Below, piece after piece: positions 27,228 to 42,249 of a stretch of 64,000 nt of DNA (its first letter is position 1; each line of letters opens with the position of its first letter). The notes below the pieces were generated by a model. The model did no database searches, was not told the origin of the DNA, and worked only from the letters and a program-made list of their open reading frames with translations. The translations under genes were made by a program, and so were the position numbers. Source of the DNA: Bigelowiella natans CCMP2755 (lineage: Eukaryota > Protista > Cercozoa); contig ADNK01000816.1 of the NCBI GenBank assembly GCA_000320545.1, positions 42,570-106,569 of the forward strand, in the 5' to 3' direction.

Positions 27228-28861
27228 CTACCAATCAAAATTTAACGAGGTGTGCCGCTTTGAAGAGATTTTAGGCCTCCTGACTGAAGGGGGCAATCTT
27301 CTTGACAAAGGGGTATTGCTTGTAGTAATCGGTAAACTCATATTTTTTTCTTTCGAACTAAAAGAATTATTTTCGTCTGCAGCTTGCGCGCCGACCTGGT
27401 GATACACCTCAGTGGCAGAGGCAGTATAAGCTGACTTCTTATAACCTCTGATTTCATCGCCAATTCGAGCGTCTTCGGGGTACTTCACAGGCAACTTATA
27501 GTATTCTACTTGTTGTTTGTGGACTAATTCACGCTGTTTCTTAAGACTGCCTGAGCGGAAGGGCTGAACTGTCATCGTTTGAGGCAGATCTTCACTCGAT
27601 GCTTTTATTTGGCCGCCCCCATTCGTGCAGCCGCTCGGGCACGACATGACCTCGACGTAGTGGTACTTGCAGCTTCCTCTGAGAATGTTTTGAGTCAGAA
27701 TCTGCACGCTTTTGAACCCGTACACAAGGGCACATCGGAGGACAGCCTGCTTTCCACTGCTGATCCTGAGAATTGAAAAGGAAAATGCGTCAGTCGTTAC
27801 CACCGTCTCTGTGCAGTGCTCTCCACAGGCAATAGGAGCGACTCACCGCGCAGGGAAGGAAAAAGTAAGAAAGTGCGTATTTTAGGGGCACGCAGCGCAC
27901 AGATAGATGTTGCTGTTGTTGTCCATACGTTGCTTCCCAGATGTTGTGACGCCCCCGGGTAAACGTCAGGGCCTGCACATCGAGCTCGAACAATTTCTTA
28001 GCTGCAATTCGCATGACGTTATAAGCATAGCCCCCGGAGACGCCACTGTCAGGAGGACGATGTAGCATAGATTCACATTCGAGAGGAGGAGGAGGAGGAG
28101 GAGGAGAAGAAGAAGAAGAAGAAGGGACTATCTCTGCAAATGTGCAATTTTTCTGAGCTAGATAGGAGTCCAATAGTAGCTTCAGTTCCTCTGTGGAAAG
28201 CACAAGATCTACCATGCCATTGTATGATGCGCTTTTGCCTGTACCACTGCTCGAAAGTTCAGGAGGGTCATCTGCATCATCGCCCTCGCCATCACTCCTC
28301 CTCGCTGCTGCTGATATTTGGTAGGCTTCCACCCGTTTATCATAGCAAGGGGCAACGTGGACGTGCAACAATTGGCGAGGAGGAGGGTGGGGGGGGGGTT
28401 CTAAGGATGACGTTGCTGCTGCTTTCGCATCATCTCCTGATCTAATACTATCCCTCGCAATGATCTCTCCGGCTACCCCCATAATAGAGTTGACTTTGCT
28501 TAGACATCTCAGTAGCCGTTCAGAACCCTTTCTGGTGACGAAAGTCACCCACCCGGGACATTCTCCGCATAATACTGGTAGTGAGGAATTTGATTGCTGC
28601 AACTGCTGCTGCCCCGTCATCATGCCTTCCGTTCCATTGAAAGTTGCTGCTGCTCGGTAACGGTCCACAAACTCATCGGCAGCTTGCAGTAGAGCGGCGG
28701 GCTGGGCGAGAGTTTGGGTTGGGATAACGTCTTCCGCTCCATATGATTTCAGGATATGAAGGATTCGGCCGAAGGCGTCTTGAATTGTGTCGTCGAAAGC
28801 AAGTGCTAGCGAAGTCAGAGACTGCGGTGCCTGAGCATTACAATATTAGTTCATGTGATGG

Positions 28862-28907
<46 letters not shown>

Positions 28908-29465
28908 AGTGATGATGATGATAATGATGATGATGACGATGATGATGGTGATGATGGGCTTGGCCCAATTAATTCGAAGGCTTGAATGGTACCAAGCTGA
29001 AAAGCACACGCTTTGTATCACTAGAGTTGATGCGTTCTTTAATTTTGTCAACATTGAAGGTTCTTGAGAACACTGTTTCTCCCGAAGTTGCGCATCCACT
29101 ACATGCCATGCAATCTGAAAGGACGACGCCAACTGTGCCATTCCTGATTGCGGCCGTCCCTACGCAGTACAGTTCTGTGAAGTACTTTAAATCAACGAGT
29201 TATATGCCTCACCTGAATTCTCATTCATCATCCCTTCAGGGTTTGTGCATGCCGTCTTTGCATCGAAGAAATCATTGTAGTTCCCTAGCTTCAGTGACGC
29301 AGCCACCTTCCGAATTCGCACGCGTCCAAAGTGTTTATGGTTAGCATCGTCAAGTACGATGCGGAAGATTAAAGAAATAACGATAAATAATAAAATTGGA
29401 TTCCCGTTGAATCTCCAACCAAAGCTAGATCTGTGTAGACGAGCGCGCGCCCTTCCGGGCACCAT
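27228..29465 (-). CDS. NAR1: Cytosolic Fe-S cluster assembly factor Nar1/NARFL (Fe-only hydrogenase-like)
   Basis: LKLGNYNDFFDAKTACTNP, LSDCMACSGCATSGETV, CPGWV, PCYDKRVEA, VDLVLSTEEL, SGGYA, YGFKSVQ, YVEVMSCPSGCTNGGGQ and C-terminal Trp (NFDW*). Confidence 0.93.
28856..28955. repeat. (GAT)n microsatellite in Nar1 intron
   Basis: About 30 imperfect GAT units. Confidence 0.95.
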
Positions 29466-30326
29466 TTATTTGTCGGAAGCTCACAGTGCTGTGCTGGACA
29501 CGTGTAAAGGTTTTATTAGAAAAATAATTCTGATTTTTTCGCATAGAAAATATCGTCATATCACTGGCATTCAAATTGTAAAAAACGGTGTCATTTTGGA
29601 TTTAAGATATATATTTTCTGCAGCATTTCACATAATGTGGACGGGAAAGCAAATCGTCACAGGAGAAACTGAAATCTGAAAGAGCCATCTCGTGGGCTGC
29701 GTAGCAGCTACGCAACTACTCAAAAATCCGGTAATTCCGGGGATTATTCTTATTTGACATTAAAGCGCTCTATTCCTGATTTCGTGAAGAGCTGCTGAGT
29801 TGTTTTTCCCCACGCTGTGGCTTGGGACATTTTGTTCTCCCGAAATTGGGGAACTCAGGAACTCGGGCGATTTTGGTGCGTTGATCGATGTCGTAGGTCG
29901 TAGATGAAAAATGTAGTAGATTTGCATAGTTCACTGCACAACGCGCATGTGCGTCTGGATACCCCAGAAACGTGCCTGAGACGGAGTCAAGAAAAATTAT
30001 TGTTTGAGGCATTAATTTATAGAGGTGAGACATGAACAATTTAATGACGTCTTATAAAAAATCGCTGCCTTTTTACTACGACTGTGTTTCATTGAACCGG
30101 AATATAATATTAAAGGCTTGCCACGCGTACTAAACCTACTCAACCAGGTTAACCCCCCCCATACCATGCAAGCGTCGATTTTTCTTTGCGCGATGAGTCA
30201 TTTTAGCTGATCAAGAAGATGAATCGGAAGATGATTGTGGAGACGAATGGCGTCTGCCAACTGGGAAGCTGAGAGTATGATTTGCGTGTATTCAGGCTGA
30301 ACTCCACACATAGCTCCTACACGAAC

Positions 30327-32741
30327 ATGTCTGAATCTAAGCTTGATATCCCTACCGGCGTCCTCACTGGAGACCAAACTGCAAAACTTTTTGCACACGC
30401 CAGCGCTAATGGATACGCTATTCCTGCATTCAACTGCACGTCATCATCCACAATCAATTGCGTGCTCGAGGCTGCTCGTGATGCCAAGTCCCCAATCATT
30501 ATCCAGGTGGATCTGCTATTATGTTCATTTCTGAGCACACTAAATAATTATTCGCTCCTGCTGAGAGAATGCAGTTGTCTCATAAAATGGATGCGGCACT
30601 ATTCGTTGATGTCGTTGATCTTAAATGTCCCCACCCCCCCCTCTCAGGTGTCCAACAGCGGCGCAGGCTTCTACGCTGGAAAGAGCTTACCAAAAACGGA
30701 AGCATCCATCCTTGGAGCTGTGGCTGCTGCAATGCATGTGCGCACTATGTCCAAGTTTTACGGGGTGAGGAATACTCACCACTTCGTACAGTCCTAACCG
30801 GCTCATCGAATCGTGTTCAATACTTGTCATGGCGTTCGTTGATTTCTTCATCATCTACCCCTGATGATAACACAACCTCGTCGCAGGTTCCTGTAGTCCT
30901 GCACTCCGACCACTGCGCGAAGAAGCTTTTGCCTTGGTTCGACGGCATGCTCAAGGTAGCAACCACCGAATGGTAGCGATAGTAGTGTGAACATTCAATG
31001 TCGCACGTAATTGAATGATAATACGTACGTGGTAGTGGACGATAAGATGATAATTTAGCTATCTTGGTTTTCTCCTCCAATGTAGATGAAATGCATTCGC
31101 TCTGTTGTGAATTTAAATGGGCATCTATGTCACCCTCTTGTCTCCTTGTCGTCGATTATAGGCTGACGAGGAGTACTTCAAAGTTTATGGCGTGCCTCTG
31201 TTCAGCAGCCACATGCTTGACCTCTCTGAGGTAGGTTGGTTTGCTTTCACATCAACGAACGAGCAATCGATGTATGCAACGACTTCTGCTAAGCCACTTG
31301 CTGTATGATTTGTCGCTTCACCTCACTGGAACATGACAAGATGACCCCCTCCTTCTCCTCCTCCACTCCCCTCCCCTCCCTTGACCCCTGACTTTCTTCT
31401 CCCTGCGGCATAGGAAAAAGATGACGAGAACATTGAGACCTGTGTCAAGTACTTCGAGAAGATGACCAAGCTGAACATGTTTCTCGAGATGGAGATCGGC
31501 CAGACCGGAGGCGAAGAAGACGGCGTGAAGCATGAAGGAGATGTCAGCGAGCTTTTCACCCACCCCGATCAGATTTGGAAAGTGCACAAGGCACTCAGCG
31601 CTATCAGCCCCAACTTCTCCATCGCAGCTGCCTTTGGAAACTTCCACGGAGTGTAAGTAGCCCGAAACGATTTCCTCCCATCTCCCCCCCCCCCCCCCCC
31701 TCCCCCTGCCTGCTACTAATTCACGAAAAAGACGGTTGGAGTGGTGGTGGAGATGGTGATGAGGCAGCGGGGGTTAGTAATGATGATAATGATATGATGT
31801 TTGAAGAGGATGGGGAGCTTTTGATGTGAATTCCTACGTTGTCATGCCTTCTTCCCGCTCCTCATCCTCCACTAATGCTCGGACAGATACAAGGCTCCTG
31901 ATGGAGGAAACAGGGTCAAGCTTCAGCCCCAGCTTCTGGGAAAGCACCAGGCTAAGATCTGTGAAGAACTCAAGAAGGCTGGCAAGGACGTTCCAGCTAC
32001 CGGCAAGCCTACTTATCTCGTTATGCACGGAGGCTCTGGATCAGAAAAAAGCGAGATTCTGGAGGCTGTTAAGAACGGCGTCGTGAAGATGAACGTGGAT
32101 ACGGACACCCAGTGGGCATACTGGGAGTATGTACCCCTGCCCTTTCCCCCTCCCCTCCTCCCTCTCTTTCTCTCTATTTATCTGATACCACTTAATTGGA
32201 ATGAAAGACGATAAGACGAGTCAAGTTTCTATTCTCGCCCTCTCTCTCTCCTCCCCCCCCCTCCCTGTTGCTTCCTTTTGGCTAACCTCTTTCTCAAATA
32301 GCGGAGTCCACGAGCATTACAAGAAAAATGGCGACCGCCTTTGGAAGCAGGTAGTATGCTATACCCAAGAAATAGGAAATCGATGGGAGAAGTAGCCTCA
32401 AATCCGATGATGATCAGCAGATGTGATCGTATCTGTAGAATTCGAATAATAAGTCAAGACAATTGAGTTGCTGTATTATATCCTCAGCTCTGCTGAGTAT
32501 TAATCAACTGAGCTATTGCATGATCTGCCTGTCTTAGCTCGGTGGAAAGGACAACGACGATGGAATGCCAAACAAAAAGAAGTACGACCCTCGCGTCTGG
32601 ATCAGAGAAGCAGAAAAGTCGATGGCAAAGCGTGTTACAGCTTCCCTCACTGTCTTGGGATCTGTCGGAAAGTACGCATCGAAACCAGAGTTGGAGGGAG
32701 GCGCACCTGTCGCTCCTTACGTGCGTGCTATTTGCAAGTAA
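30327..32741 (+). CDS. FBA: Fructose-bisphosphate aldolase class II (type A), no obvious targeting peptide
   Basis: GYAIPAFNCTSSSTIN, VVLHSDHCAKKLLPWFDG, FSSHMLDLSE, LEMEIGQTGGEEDGV, AAAFGNFHGV, MHGGSGS, KMNVDTDTQWAYW, PNKKKYDPRVWIR. Confidence 0.97.
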
Positions 32742-33747
32742 ATCATGATGGTGCACGGCGGGGAAGATCTACTGGATATCTTCAGTGACTAGATAATTAA
32801 CATAATGTGTGCTAAAGCCTCAGAGAAGTTTTTGTACTCAGTCACGCGCAGTAGTAGAGACCAACTAAGCAGGAATCAGCACGTGTGACGATAATACCAT
32901 AAAATGTACAAGTATATCGATGAAAGCACAGCGAACCGTAATCATAGCATTCGCATGATGTAGGTTATATAGTTAATGCGTGAATACACATGTCTAGATG
33001 TACTTTTATTGACTGCGCGTGGGTGGGCGCGACGAGCTAGCGAGGCATCTTCAATGTGTCAAATTGGTACCACGTAGGACACAATTGTGCGGTGATCGCG
33101 CAGAGAAACTCGCACACAGCTGCAAGCTATAGAAAGCAACACACTGTGCGTTGCTCTGTGCTCACATACATGCACTCAAACTAGCTAGCTAGCAAAGCTA
33201 GAAAGTGCTCACAGTCTAGCAGTGACTAATGCAATGCATGATGAGAGCCTGTGCGCATGGATGAAATGATGCAATTTTTGTATTAGTTAGATGTCTAGAT
33301 GTGTGTGCCACTGTTCATCGTGCATCGCGGTAGTCATGACGAGGTGCTGCTGCACATGCTATGTAGCACTGATGCATGTCTAAGATGTTGCTGTCTGAAT
33401 TTTGAAGAATCTGGGGTGGGATCCGTTCTTCCCTCTGCGACAACCGGAAAACCATGAAAATGGAGTGTTTTTGCTTGTCGCAAGGGGGAAAATCCCGTCA
33501 TGTTTGCCGACGGAACCGGGCACGTGACGCTCTCATTACCGACCAGCCGAACCCCAGTTCTGAGCACCACGGGATTCTCTCTGGGAAGCACGGAGTGTAG
33601 AGGCAGGGATCGGACAGCACAGAGCTGTGAATGTTAGGGTATATTACTGGTATCTCTTAAGGCGCCTTTCGGCTTCATTTATCTATCATTCAGCCTGGGG
33701 GACGGATCGGCCGCTATTCTTCGCGCTACAAAGTGTCAAGACGACGT

Positions 33748-35051
33748 ATGCTGCGCGCACGGTTTTTGAATCGTTGGCTATTTGAGAGAGTGAAAGTACC
33801 ATGGTCCTATCATCACGCTTGCACCGTGCCACAGCGGAGGAGTTTTGCGCTTAGAACGTACCTCTCCATTGACCAGAAGCAGAAACAGCAGTATCATGAC
33901 CACTTCCATCAGCTTCTCAAGAAGGAGTTACGAGCCGGTGATCCGAATTAAGATGGAATATTGAAAGGCTATAAGTCTTATTCTATGCCCCCATTTGTTT
34001 GTGCAGTTCACGAACCGCCGAGTAATGTTGATGAAAGTGGCCGAGTTGTAACTTTTCTCTTATTTTGTGCGCACAGAGCAAGAGTTGATGAGAGAGCGGA
34101 TGAGCGAGTGGCCAATCCAGCGGCTCGAGCAGGTAGTACGAGAATTGTAGGTATTCAAAAAAGATTGAAATAGGAAATATGAAAAGGCAAATGCTGTCTC
34201 CAAGCCGGATTGCCAACAAATTTCGCCATCGTCGACGTCGTCATCGTCCCTTCTCCTCCTCATCCTCTTCTTCTTCAACTTCTCAGGAGGGACACAGCCT
34301 TTTTTCGTTGGTTGGGAAGAGCGTAGGAAGATTTTACGATGAGCACAAGGTACGTAAGCTCCAGCCATGGCGATAACAGCTTTCGAACGAATTATAGAAC
34401 AGAGAGAAATCAAAACAGGAAGGCTGTGCCCATTGACGTTGTGTCGTTGATTGTCTGCTCTGTTGTCTCCTCAAGGTGCGTTTTTACCGTAGAGGGGGCA
34501 GGAAGCTGCCCTTCCACCGATTTACTCAGGGAGACATCGTCGTCATCAGAGATTGCGACAAGCCCACTGGAAGCTGGAGGAAAACGGACGGCTGTGACGT
34601 CTCTACGAGCAGTAGTAGCAAGAACGACGAAGAGGCTATGATCGACACTAGAGATTGGAAGAAGAAGAAGGAGAAAGGGAAAGAAAAGAAGAGAAACAAG
34701 AAGAGGAATACAGACGATGACGCCGATGACAACCGAACGAGCATCGTCACCAAAGGCAAGGGCGGAAAGCTCTATGAATTTCAAGGCACAATTCTCGATA
34801 TAGAGACCGGTCATATCGACGTCATCTTCCCAGATATATTCCCAGCATCGAAGACATCCTCCTCCCCCTTCTCCTCCTCATCCTCCTCCTCCTCCTCTTC
34901 GCCAACACGTTGCTTTCGGATGGATCGCTCCGCCAACAGTATCACGTAATCACGTAGGAATATTCCGGGAATAGCGATACTGATGATGTTGATTAGGGCT
35001 AGATCAGCACGAAATGCAACAGCTACAACACATGCAATACACCCACCCACA

Positions 35052-35091
<40 letters not shown>

Positions 35092-35358
35092 GACCTTCTC
35101 TTTCTCCTCATCCTCCTCCCCGTTCTCAACTACGACTGCAGATACGACAGGTGCAAGGACAGCCTTCGCTCCTTCTGTTCCGATGATTTCTTCGGCCCAC
35201 GGTGGCTGCAGGAGCTAGTGGTTGCTGGATTTGCACATCAGGAGATGATAATCGAAGAACGACAGCAGCAGGAGGAGGAGGCGGAGGAAGAGAGAGAGAA
35301 GGACGAGACAATGTTTAGTGGCAAGGGAAGAAGGCCAAGCGAGAGGAGGAGTGCAGAA

Positions 35359-35391
<33 letters not shown>

Positions 35392-35723
35392 CCGATATTT
35401 GATATTGCGAAGACACTTGGGCAGTCAGCTGACTCCTTCATGTCAGCAGCATGGGTCTCTCAGATGCTCAAGAAAGAAGCAGAAGGCGAGCGCCTTCTCA
35501 ACGAGAGCCAGGTCGACGGTATCTTGAGCAGCCTCTCCAGACGATTCAGCTTGATCCAGGGGCCGCCGGGTACAGGCAAGGTGCTGCTACTGCTGCCTCC
35601 TGCTGCTAACATGAACGTTGTTGTTAATATCAGTAAGTTTGTAGTGTTTTTAGCGTGTTATTTGACGGTTATTCAATGCGCGCGTTCAATACACAATGTG
35701 TGCGGGAGCCCCCCCCACCCCCC

Positions 35724-35765
<42 letters not shown>

Positions 35766-38730
35766 GTTTTCCTGCCTACTTACATCGTGACAGAACGCCT
35801 AAAGGAAAACATACAAACCTGATGACTCCTCCTTGCAGACGACAACGATCGCGCACCTACTCAAGACCTGGAAACGCTGCTTTCCTTCGTCAGGCCCCTG
35901 TCTGGCCGTCGCGGCCAGTAACGTTGCGGTCGATCAGCTGCTGCTTGGCCTTGTGCAATTCACCGAGGAGGAGAAGGAGGAGCACGAAGACTTGAAAAGC
36001 GATGGTGGCCATGATGATAATGCTGCCGTGGATCAGTTCGGAAGATCAGGAGGTAAATTCAGCATACTGGTGACGGTGATGGCTTAGCGCTGAAAGCGTG
36101 TCAGAACAATTCGTGAAGAAGCATAGTAGTAGTAGAACATTGACTGATGACAAGGAAGGGTTGATGCGGGGTCCTAGAGCATTATGTCTGACTTATGATA
36201 ACCCCCCCCCCTCCCCCCTCCCTCCTCGCAGAAGAGAACAAAAGAAGAGGAGGAAAAAAGAGAGGGAGGCCAACAGGGAGGGCTCTCCGAGTGGTTCGGA
36301 TCGGCCGACCGGTGCGTGTGAGTGCTGCATTGAGGGAGATGACGCTCGAGGTGCAAGTATCCTGCCATCCCAAAGTACAGCGTGCTCAGAGGACACTTCA
36401 CCGCTTGGAGACGGGCGCTGCCAACCCACCAACGCCGCCCAAGTCCTCTTCTTCCTCTGGTCAAACCGAGGGTGACGATGGACAGCAGCGGCGTGGGAAG
36501 AAGAGTCGGAATTCATCCTCCTCCTCCTCCTCCTCCTCCTCCTCCTCCTCCTCCTCTTCCTCGTTGCTAGCCCGCCAGCGACGAGAGGCGGTGAGGGAGG
36601 CCAGGAAGCGGTTGCGAGCTGCTATGCTCGAGGTGGAGGGGGAGATTCTTCGCCGCGCGGACGTTGTTTGCAGCACATGTATCGGCTGTGGATCGCAGGC
36701 AATCCAGTCTCGGTCATTCAATCTAATCGTGCTCGACGAGGCGTCACAGGTGACGGAGCCTGAGGCCATCACCGCGCTGTGTATGGCGGGAGAGGACGGT
36801 CAGGTCGTTTTAGTAGGTGACCAGCACCAGGTACTACACTACTATTACTACAAATAATAATAATATTGACGATAATAAATATGCTTTGGAGCAAGGGCTG
36901 TTCTCTATTTTGATTGCGGCAAATGTCATTGAGAGGCGAGCCCCCTCCCCCCTCCGAAAGATGAGAGGAGGCGAATTGAAATCCTACTTCCTCCCGTCGC
37001 GGCTGTCATTGTTCCCCGACTGCTTTCCCTTTCTCCATTTTGAAGAAGAGTGCTATTGTGAAGCCCCCCCCCCCTCCAGCCATTTTTTTCTAGAAGAGAA
37101 ACCTGTTTGATCTCGTCTGCATCGTTGATTGTTAGCTGCCACCAACCGTCATAAGCCGCGAGGCGAAAGAATTGCAGCGGTCCCTTTTCCAGCGAATTGT
37201 AGCCCTGCGAAGTGAGCAGTTAGGCGAGGGCATGGAACTGAGCAGCTCCGCTTTCGTCAACCTAGACGAGAAGGATGACGATGAGAAGAAGAAGGACGAT
37301 GACGAGGAGGAAGAGGGAGGGGGTATCTTAGAAAGGGATAAGACTGATGAAAAGAAGAAGAAGGAGGAAATATTTCCTTCAACCTTGCTTAACATGCAAT
37401 ACCGCATGCACCCGGGGCTAGCTGAATGGTCCAGTCGCATGTTCTACGGGGGACGCCTACTCTCCGGTGTTACCGAGAGCCACCGCTCCCCGCCGATGAA
37501 GTAGGTGGCATAGGAGGACACCAAAGAATTAATGATTTTCCCGTAGATTTCTGCGCACTTTTCGTTCCTTTTCGTTGGGTTTGCCCCGAAGACAGACGCG
37601 TCCACCGAGAAACGCCTCTGGCTGCGCTGCACGAGGCGCTGTGCATGCGCCCTTCCTGCCTGATGCAATTCTTTTCAGTTGTGTCTTTCGCCGCCTCCTG
37701 CTGAGAGAGTGTTGGTTCGGAATCCTCGCGACGCAAGAGGAGTGATGCCTTTAGCATTGTCCTGGACCGCAACATGACGCATGATGTTTATATTCTGCCT
37801 CCCCTCCTCCTTCCCCTCTGCGCCACCTTTCCCCCTTACAGTTTTCCTTGGCCAAACCCCCGGCTGCCTGTCGCTTTTGTGTCGGTCCCTGATGACTCTC
37901 TCGAGCAGATTAGCTCCGATGGCAAGAGCAAGTTCAACCTTCACGAGGTGCGTGTAGTGTCAAACGCGCTTAAGATTCTCCTGCACAATCAGAAGCAGCA
38001 GGGGCCTTGCGAAGACAGAGATGACAACGATAATGGCATTGAGAAGGAGGAGGGGGAGGAGAAGGAGGAGGAGGGGGGGTCGTTCTTGATAGAAGCTGGG
38101 GATGTGGGAGTGATATCTCCGTACAGGGCTCAAGTACGTGAGCTCGTAAGCAGGCTTCGTGAGGATGATATACCTGTGGAAGGTAGTTGATGTTGATATA
38201 TATATATATATATGTATGTATGTATGTATCATCAGGGGCTGAGGGGAACAGGAGAAGGGTGATGATATGGTGCCAGTTACGACATGCACATGGACAGTGT
38301 CTTACTACACTCTGCCCCCTTTCCCCCCCCCGCCCATATGTCCCCCCCCCCCCCCCCCGCGCTCCCTCTCCACTCGCTCGCAGGTAGGCGCAGCGACTTT
38401 GAGGTCGCCAGCGGGCGGTATAGCGCGCGAGGCGTGGAGGTCAACACCGTGGATGGCTATCAAGGGCGAGAGAAGGAGCTCATCGTCTTCTCCGCCGTGC
38501 GGTCCAATGCAAAGGGCGAGGTTGGTTTCCTCTCCGACTATCGACGCCTGAACGTTGCGCTGACGCGAGCCAGACGGGGCACGATCGTCGTCGGGAATAG
38601 GAAGACACTGGAGCATAACGCCTACTGGAAGTGCTGGTTCTTCTGGGCCGAACAAAACGGCCTACTTCTCTCCAATGACAGTTTGGTATTAAATGGCCAC
38701 GAAGGGAGACGGGAATTAAGGTCAAGATAG
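33748..38730 (+). CDS. SF1 helicase, UPF1/IGHMBP2 (DNA2/NAM7)-like
   Basis: [10 protein letters not shown]|[31 protein letters not shown]|[43 protein letters not shown]. Confidence 0.93.
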
Positions 38731-39201
38731 GATCGGATATGGAGGCAGTGGTGCCGCCGATGTCGATCTGTGTCCTCTCGCATCCAACTTGCTAAGCGTG
38801 CAATGTGTGCAAGCTCTTGATGATGCAATGATCATTGCATGCTCGGTGTTTTGAATCCACTCCGGTCTTGCTTCAATGAAGTCCGTCAACATCACATTGT
38901 CGACTTGGGTGAGCTCGTGATGCCTGCAGTTGTTGCTGCTTATATGCTTGTTGTTGACAGACGCGCGCGCGCGTGTGTGTGTGTGCTGCATGCGAACTCA
39001 TGGACATGCAAATGAGCATGCCTGCATAATGGACTGCTAGCGCTGCGCCACACAGTTGTGTGAGACGGATGCAATCAATAAAACCAAACTTGTTCGATGG
39101 TCCTAGTGCAACCAACCGCTTCCTTACATGATGACACTCACATGGCAACAAGACATGCATGTGCGATGGGGAAAGTAGAACATATCGGATGTGGGCATTC
39201 A

Positions 39202-41645
39202 TCAAAGAAAGAATCTTTTCCGGCTGGTATCCATTTCCCTCCTCTTGTGTATCCATTCGTACTCCCCAGACTTTGTATCAAACGTCCCCTTCATGAGCCA
39301 TCGCAGCTTCAACGTGAAAGAAGGGCCAAGTTGTTGCAAGCTGGGGGAAAAGGGGGTTTTGGAAAGGGGGGGGGGGGGGGGGGGGGAGGGAGAGAGGAGA
39401 GTTATTAATCGATCAGAAACCCAGAAGTCTAGTAGCGAAGAGTGTTAATTCGAAAGATGTATGGGGCAAACAGAAAGGGACTTCATCATTTCTCTGAGCT
39501 AAAAAGGAGTAAAGGGGTGAGCGCAGCAGAGCATACACGTACTTGGCTTTTTCCGGCCCGTCAAATATGTATCTATGGTGCCGGAAGAATATAAAATCCC
39601 TGCCAGATGGTGAACAGCAACCCACGACAAAGTGCACGAAAAAGTAGTAGTGTGAGCGGACAGCAGGTGCCGCGTGTGTGTGTCCTCGACGACGAAACAG
39701 CAGTGTTTCCAGCCGACTCATCATATAGGCGAATACGTGCAGCATGAGATCAAAAAGAAGAATGGCGATGATGATGACGACGGCGAGACTAACAAGCAGA
39801 CGAAAGGAAGTCATACTTCATTTAATTCCACCTATTACTATCCCCCCACACATTACACACGTGCTTAGTATTGACACACTGCTACCGCTGATTGTGAAAT
39901 GTCGCAACTCGGCGCCCCTTGAAGTCTGGCCGGGCTCCAAACAGCGCACCCAGCATCCTTCGTAAGTAGTAGTAGTAGTAGTAGTAGTAGTGACGGCATT
40001 ATTATTTGTGTACGTTTGCGTGTGCAGATAGGAAAGAGAAGGGACAGCTAGGAGGGGGGGGGATGGGGAAGAGGGAGAGAAGAAAATTACCTCGCAACAC
40101 GTTGGCCAAGCCGAGTGCCAAAGTTGTTAAGAATGACCTGATTGTTAGCCAGAGAGAAAATAATGATGATAATGATGATGATGATGATTCGGTATTAGGA
40201 TACTACTTTGCAGTGAGAATTTAATTTATACTCTCTTAGATCTATGTTAGAGGGAATAACATGGCCCTCCTCCAAGCATGTAATCATATGCAAAGCGTTG
40301 TATGCGTTGGGATCAATCCCTGACGTGAATGGACAATGGCTTGTCTGTGGTACTGACTACCCACCCACCTCTGGTTTGACGTTGATGGGGCGGCCACAGT
40401 TGGGAATGTCTTTCGATAGCTTTACGCTGTAGTCGTAGCAGCGGCAGTGTAAGAGGAAGAAGAAGACGAAGAAGAAGACGAAGAAGAAGAAGAACAAGAA
40501 GAAGAAGAAGAAAAAAGACGTCGATGATAGTCGTTGGTGGTTGGCTGTACAGCGACAACTATGATCACAATGATATAATAGCCAAAACCCTTTTCATCTT
40601 CATCCACCTTATCCCAAGGCAAAAGCGTGTATCTCTCGTTGTGGTGTTGCTCTCTTCCTCCTCCTCCTCTTCTCTACTCTCCTCCCTTCTTATCATCACC
40701 ACCAGTACGATGCCCCCCCCCCCCTACCTGGTGAGCTTGTAATATGCCGTGGGCCCACCCGGAAGGTGGATATGCGTGAGGCCGTTCAAGTTCTTCGAGT
40801 CTTCGTTTACTATAATGATGTCTGTGAAGCCCTTCTCGCTGAGGGATTTTATGCAAAGCGCAGCACAGAAGAGAAGGCAGCAAGAAGTGTTGTTTTTCAT
40901 CGCATTCAAGCTTTCCGGCAACCATTAAGTGCAGACCATTGCTTCGAAAGAAGAAGAGTTCGAGTGTGAAAATTCACCTGCATTCCTTCACGATTTTCTT
41001 TATTTCGTGCTTGTTCCTCTTATAGTAGGACGAGCCTGGGATCACTCGCATAAGCTCCAAGATAAAGTCGTACCTGATGTTTTTGTCGCAGAATCGCTGT
41101 TAGCGTGAGGCCATGGATGAATGGGGAGGCTGATGATTGGACGTACAGACTCACTTTCCCCAACCCCTTGTGTGGAACAGGGAAAAAAATTGTTTGGGTA
41201 ACAACTTGCCAAGGAATATGGATGCATAATGTAACAGCGTACATGATTTTGGTTGGCTTGTAAGAGGAGGTGATGACGATCTTCGGCGTTATCTTCCCAC
41301 TTAAAATGTCGGAGAACTCATCGAAATCTTCTTCAGCCTTGATTTCCTGAAGTAGTTGCTGGTGTTCACAGACTGTTTGTCTCATTATTGTGAATAAAAA
41401 CACTGGCAACTTACAACCCCCTCTTCCTTCTGACTCTACCTCCAACGACCTCATCTTCCGGGTCCACAACGGTTTCGTCTTTGACCTTCGTGTTGTCTTG
41501 AGTCTTTGCGACTTTTTTCTGGGATTCTTCCCCCAACTGCTCTGCCTCAATTTTATTTCTTTTCCTGAAACATTTTATCGCAAGTACAAATGGGATAAAA
41601 GTAACTATTAGTTGTTTACTAAACACACAGACACACATACACACA

Positions 41646-41698
<53 letters not shown>

Positions 41699-41912
41699 AA
41701 GAGAGAGAAAGAGAGTGAGAGAAAGACGAAAAGAAAAAAATAACAGCAAGAGAGAAAAGAAAGAGAGATTCAAATCAATCTAACGACCGTTTTTTCAACT
41801 TGAGCTTGGTTTTGAGTTTCTTCTGCTTCGAGTAGATCTCCTTCCGCTTGGCCTTGTTCTTGATTTTGGAAACCGGGTACGTCAGCAGCGATTTGTCGTC
41901 CATAGAGCTCAT
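39202..41912 (-). CDS. RPF1: Ribosome production factor 1 (Brix domain)
   Basis: [120 protein letters not shown]. Start approximate. Confidence 0.95.
41650..41770. repeat. (GA)n-rich polypurine tract in Rpf1 intron
   Basis: Long GA/GAAA run. Confidence 0.9.
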
Positions 41913-42249
41913 CTCGGTTAAGGTCCTCGTGCCTGGTCAGGCGCCCTTCCTTCGTGTTCCCCAGCCGTCGGTTCGAGTCTTAGTCAGGGAGAGCAAGGAA
42001 CCATTCGGAGACTGGGTCCTTCCCTCGTCGTCGGCTGTGGAGACTTGCACCTTATCACCCCGCCTTTATGCCCCTGCGACAACTTGCAGATGCAGACGCA
42101 TACAAAAATACAAATGGATTTACGTCCAAAACGGAGTTATTAAGGAGATGTTTTTCACCGAAAGCGAATTGCATGCGGTTTTATGACGTGCGACAACCGG
42201 GAACGAGCTAAGTGGTGATGGCGACGGAACGAGCACGCTCGCTTCCTGG

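Noticed and set aside
32700-32790. Cryptic peroxisomal signal on the aldolase C-terminal extension
   Set aside because: The protein ends ICK*, and the alternative splice I tested gives CND*, not an SKL-like tripeptide.
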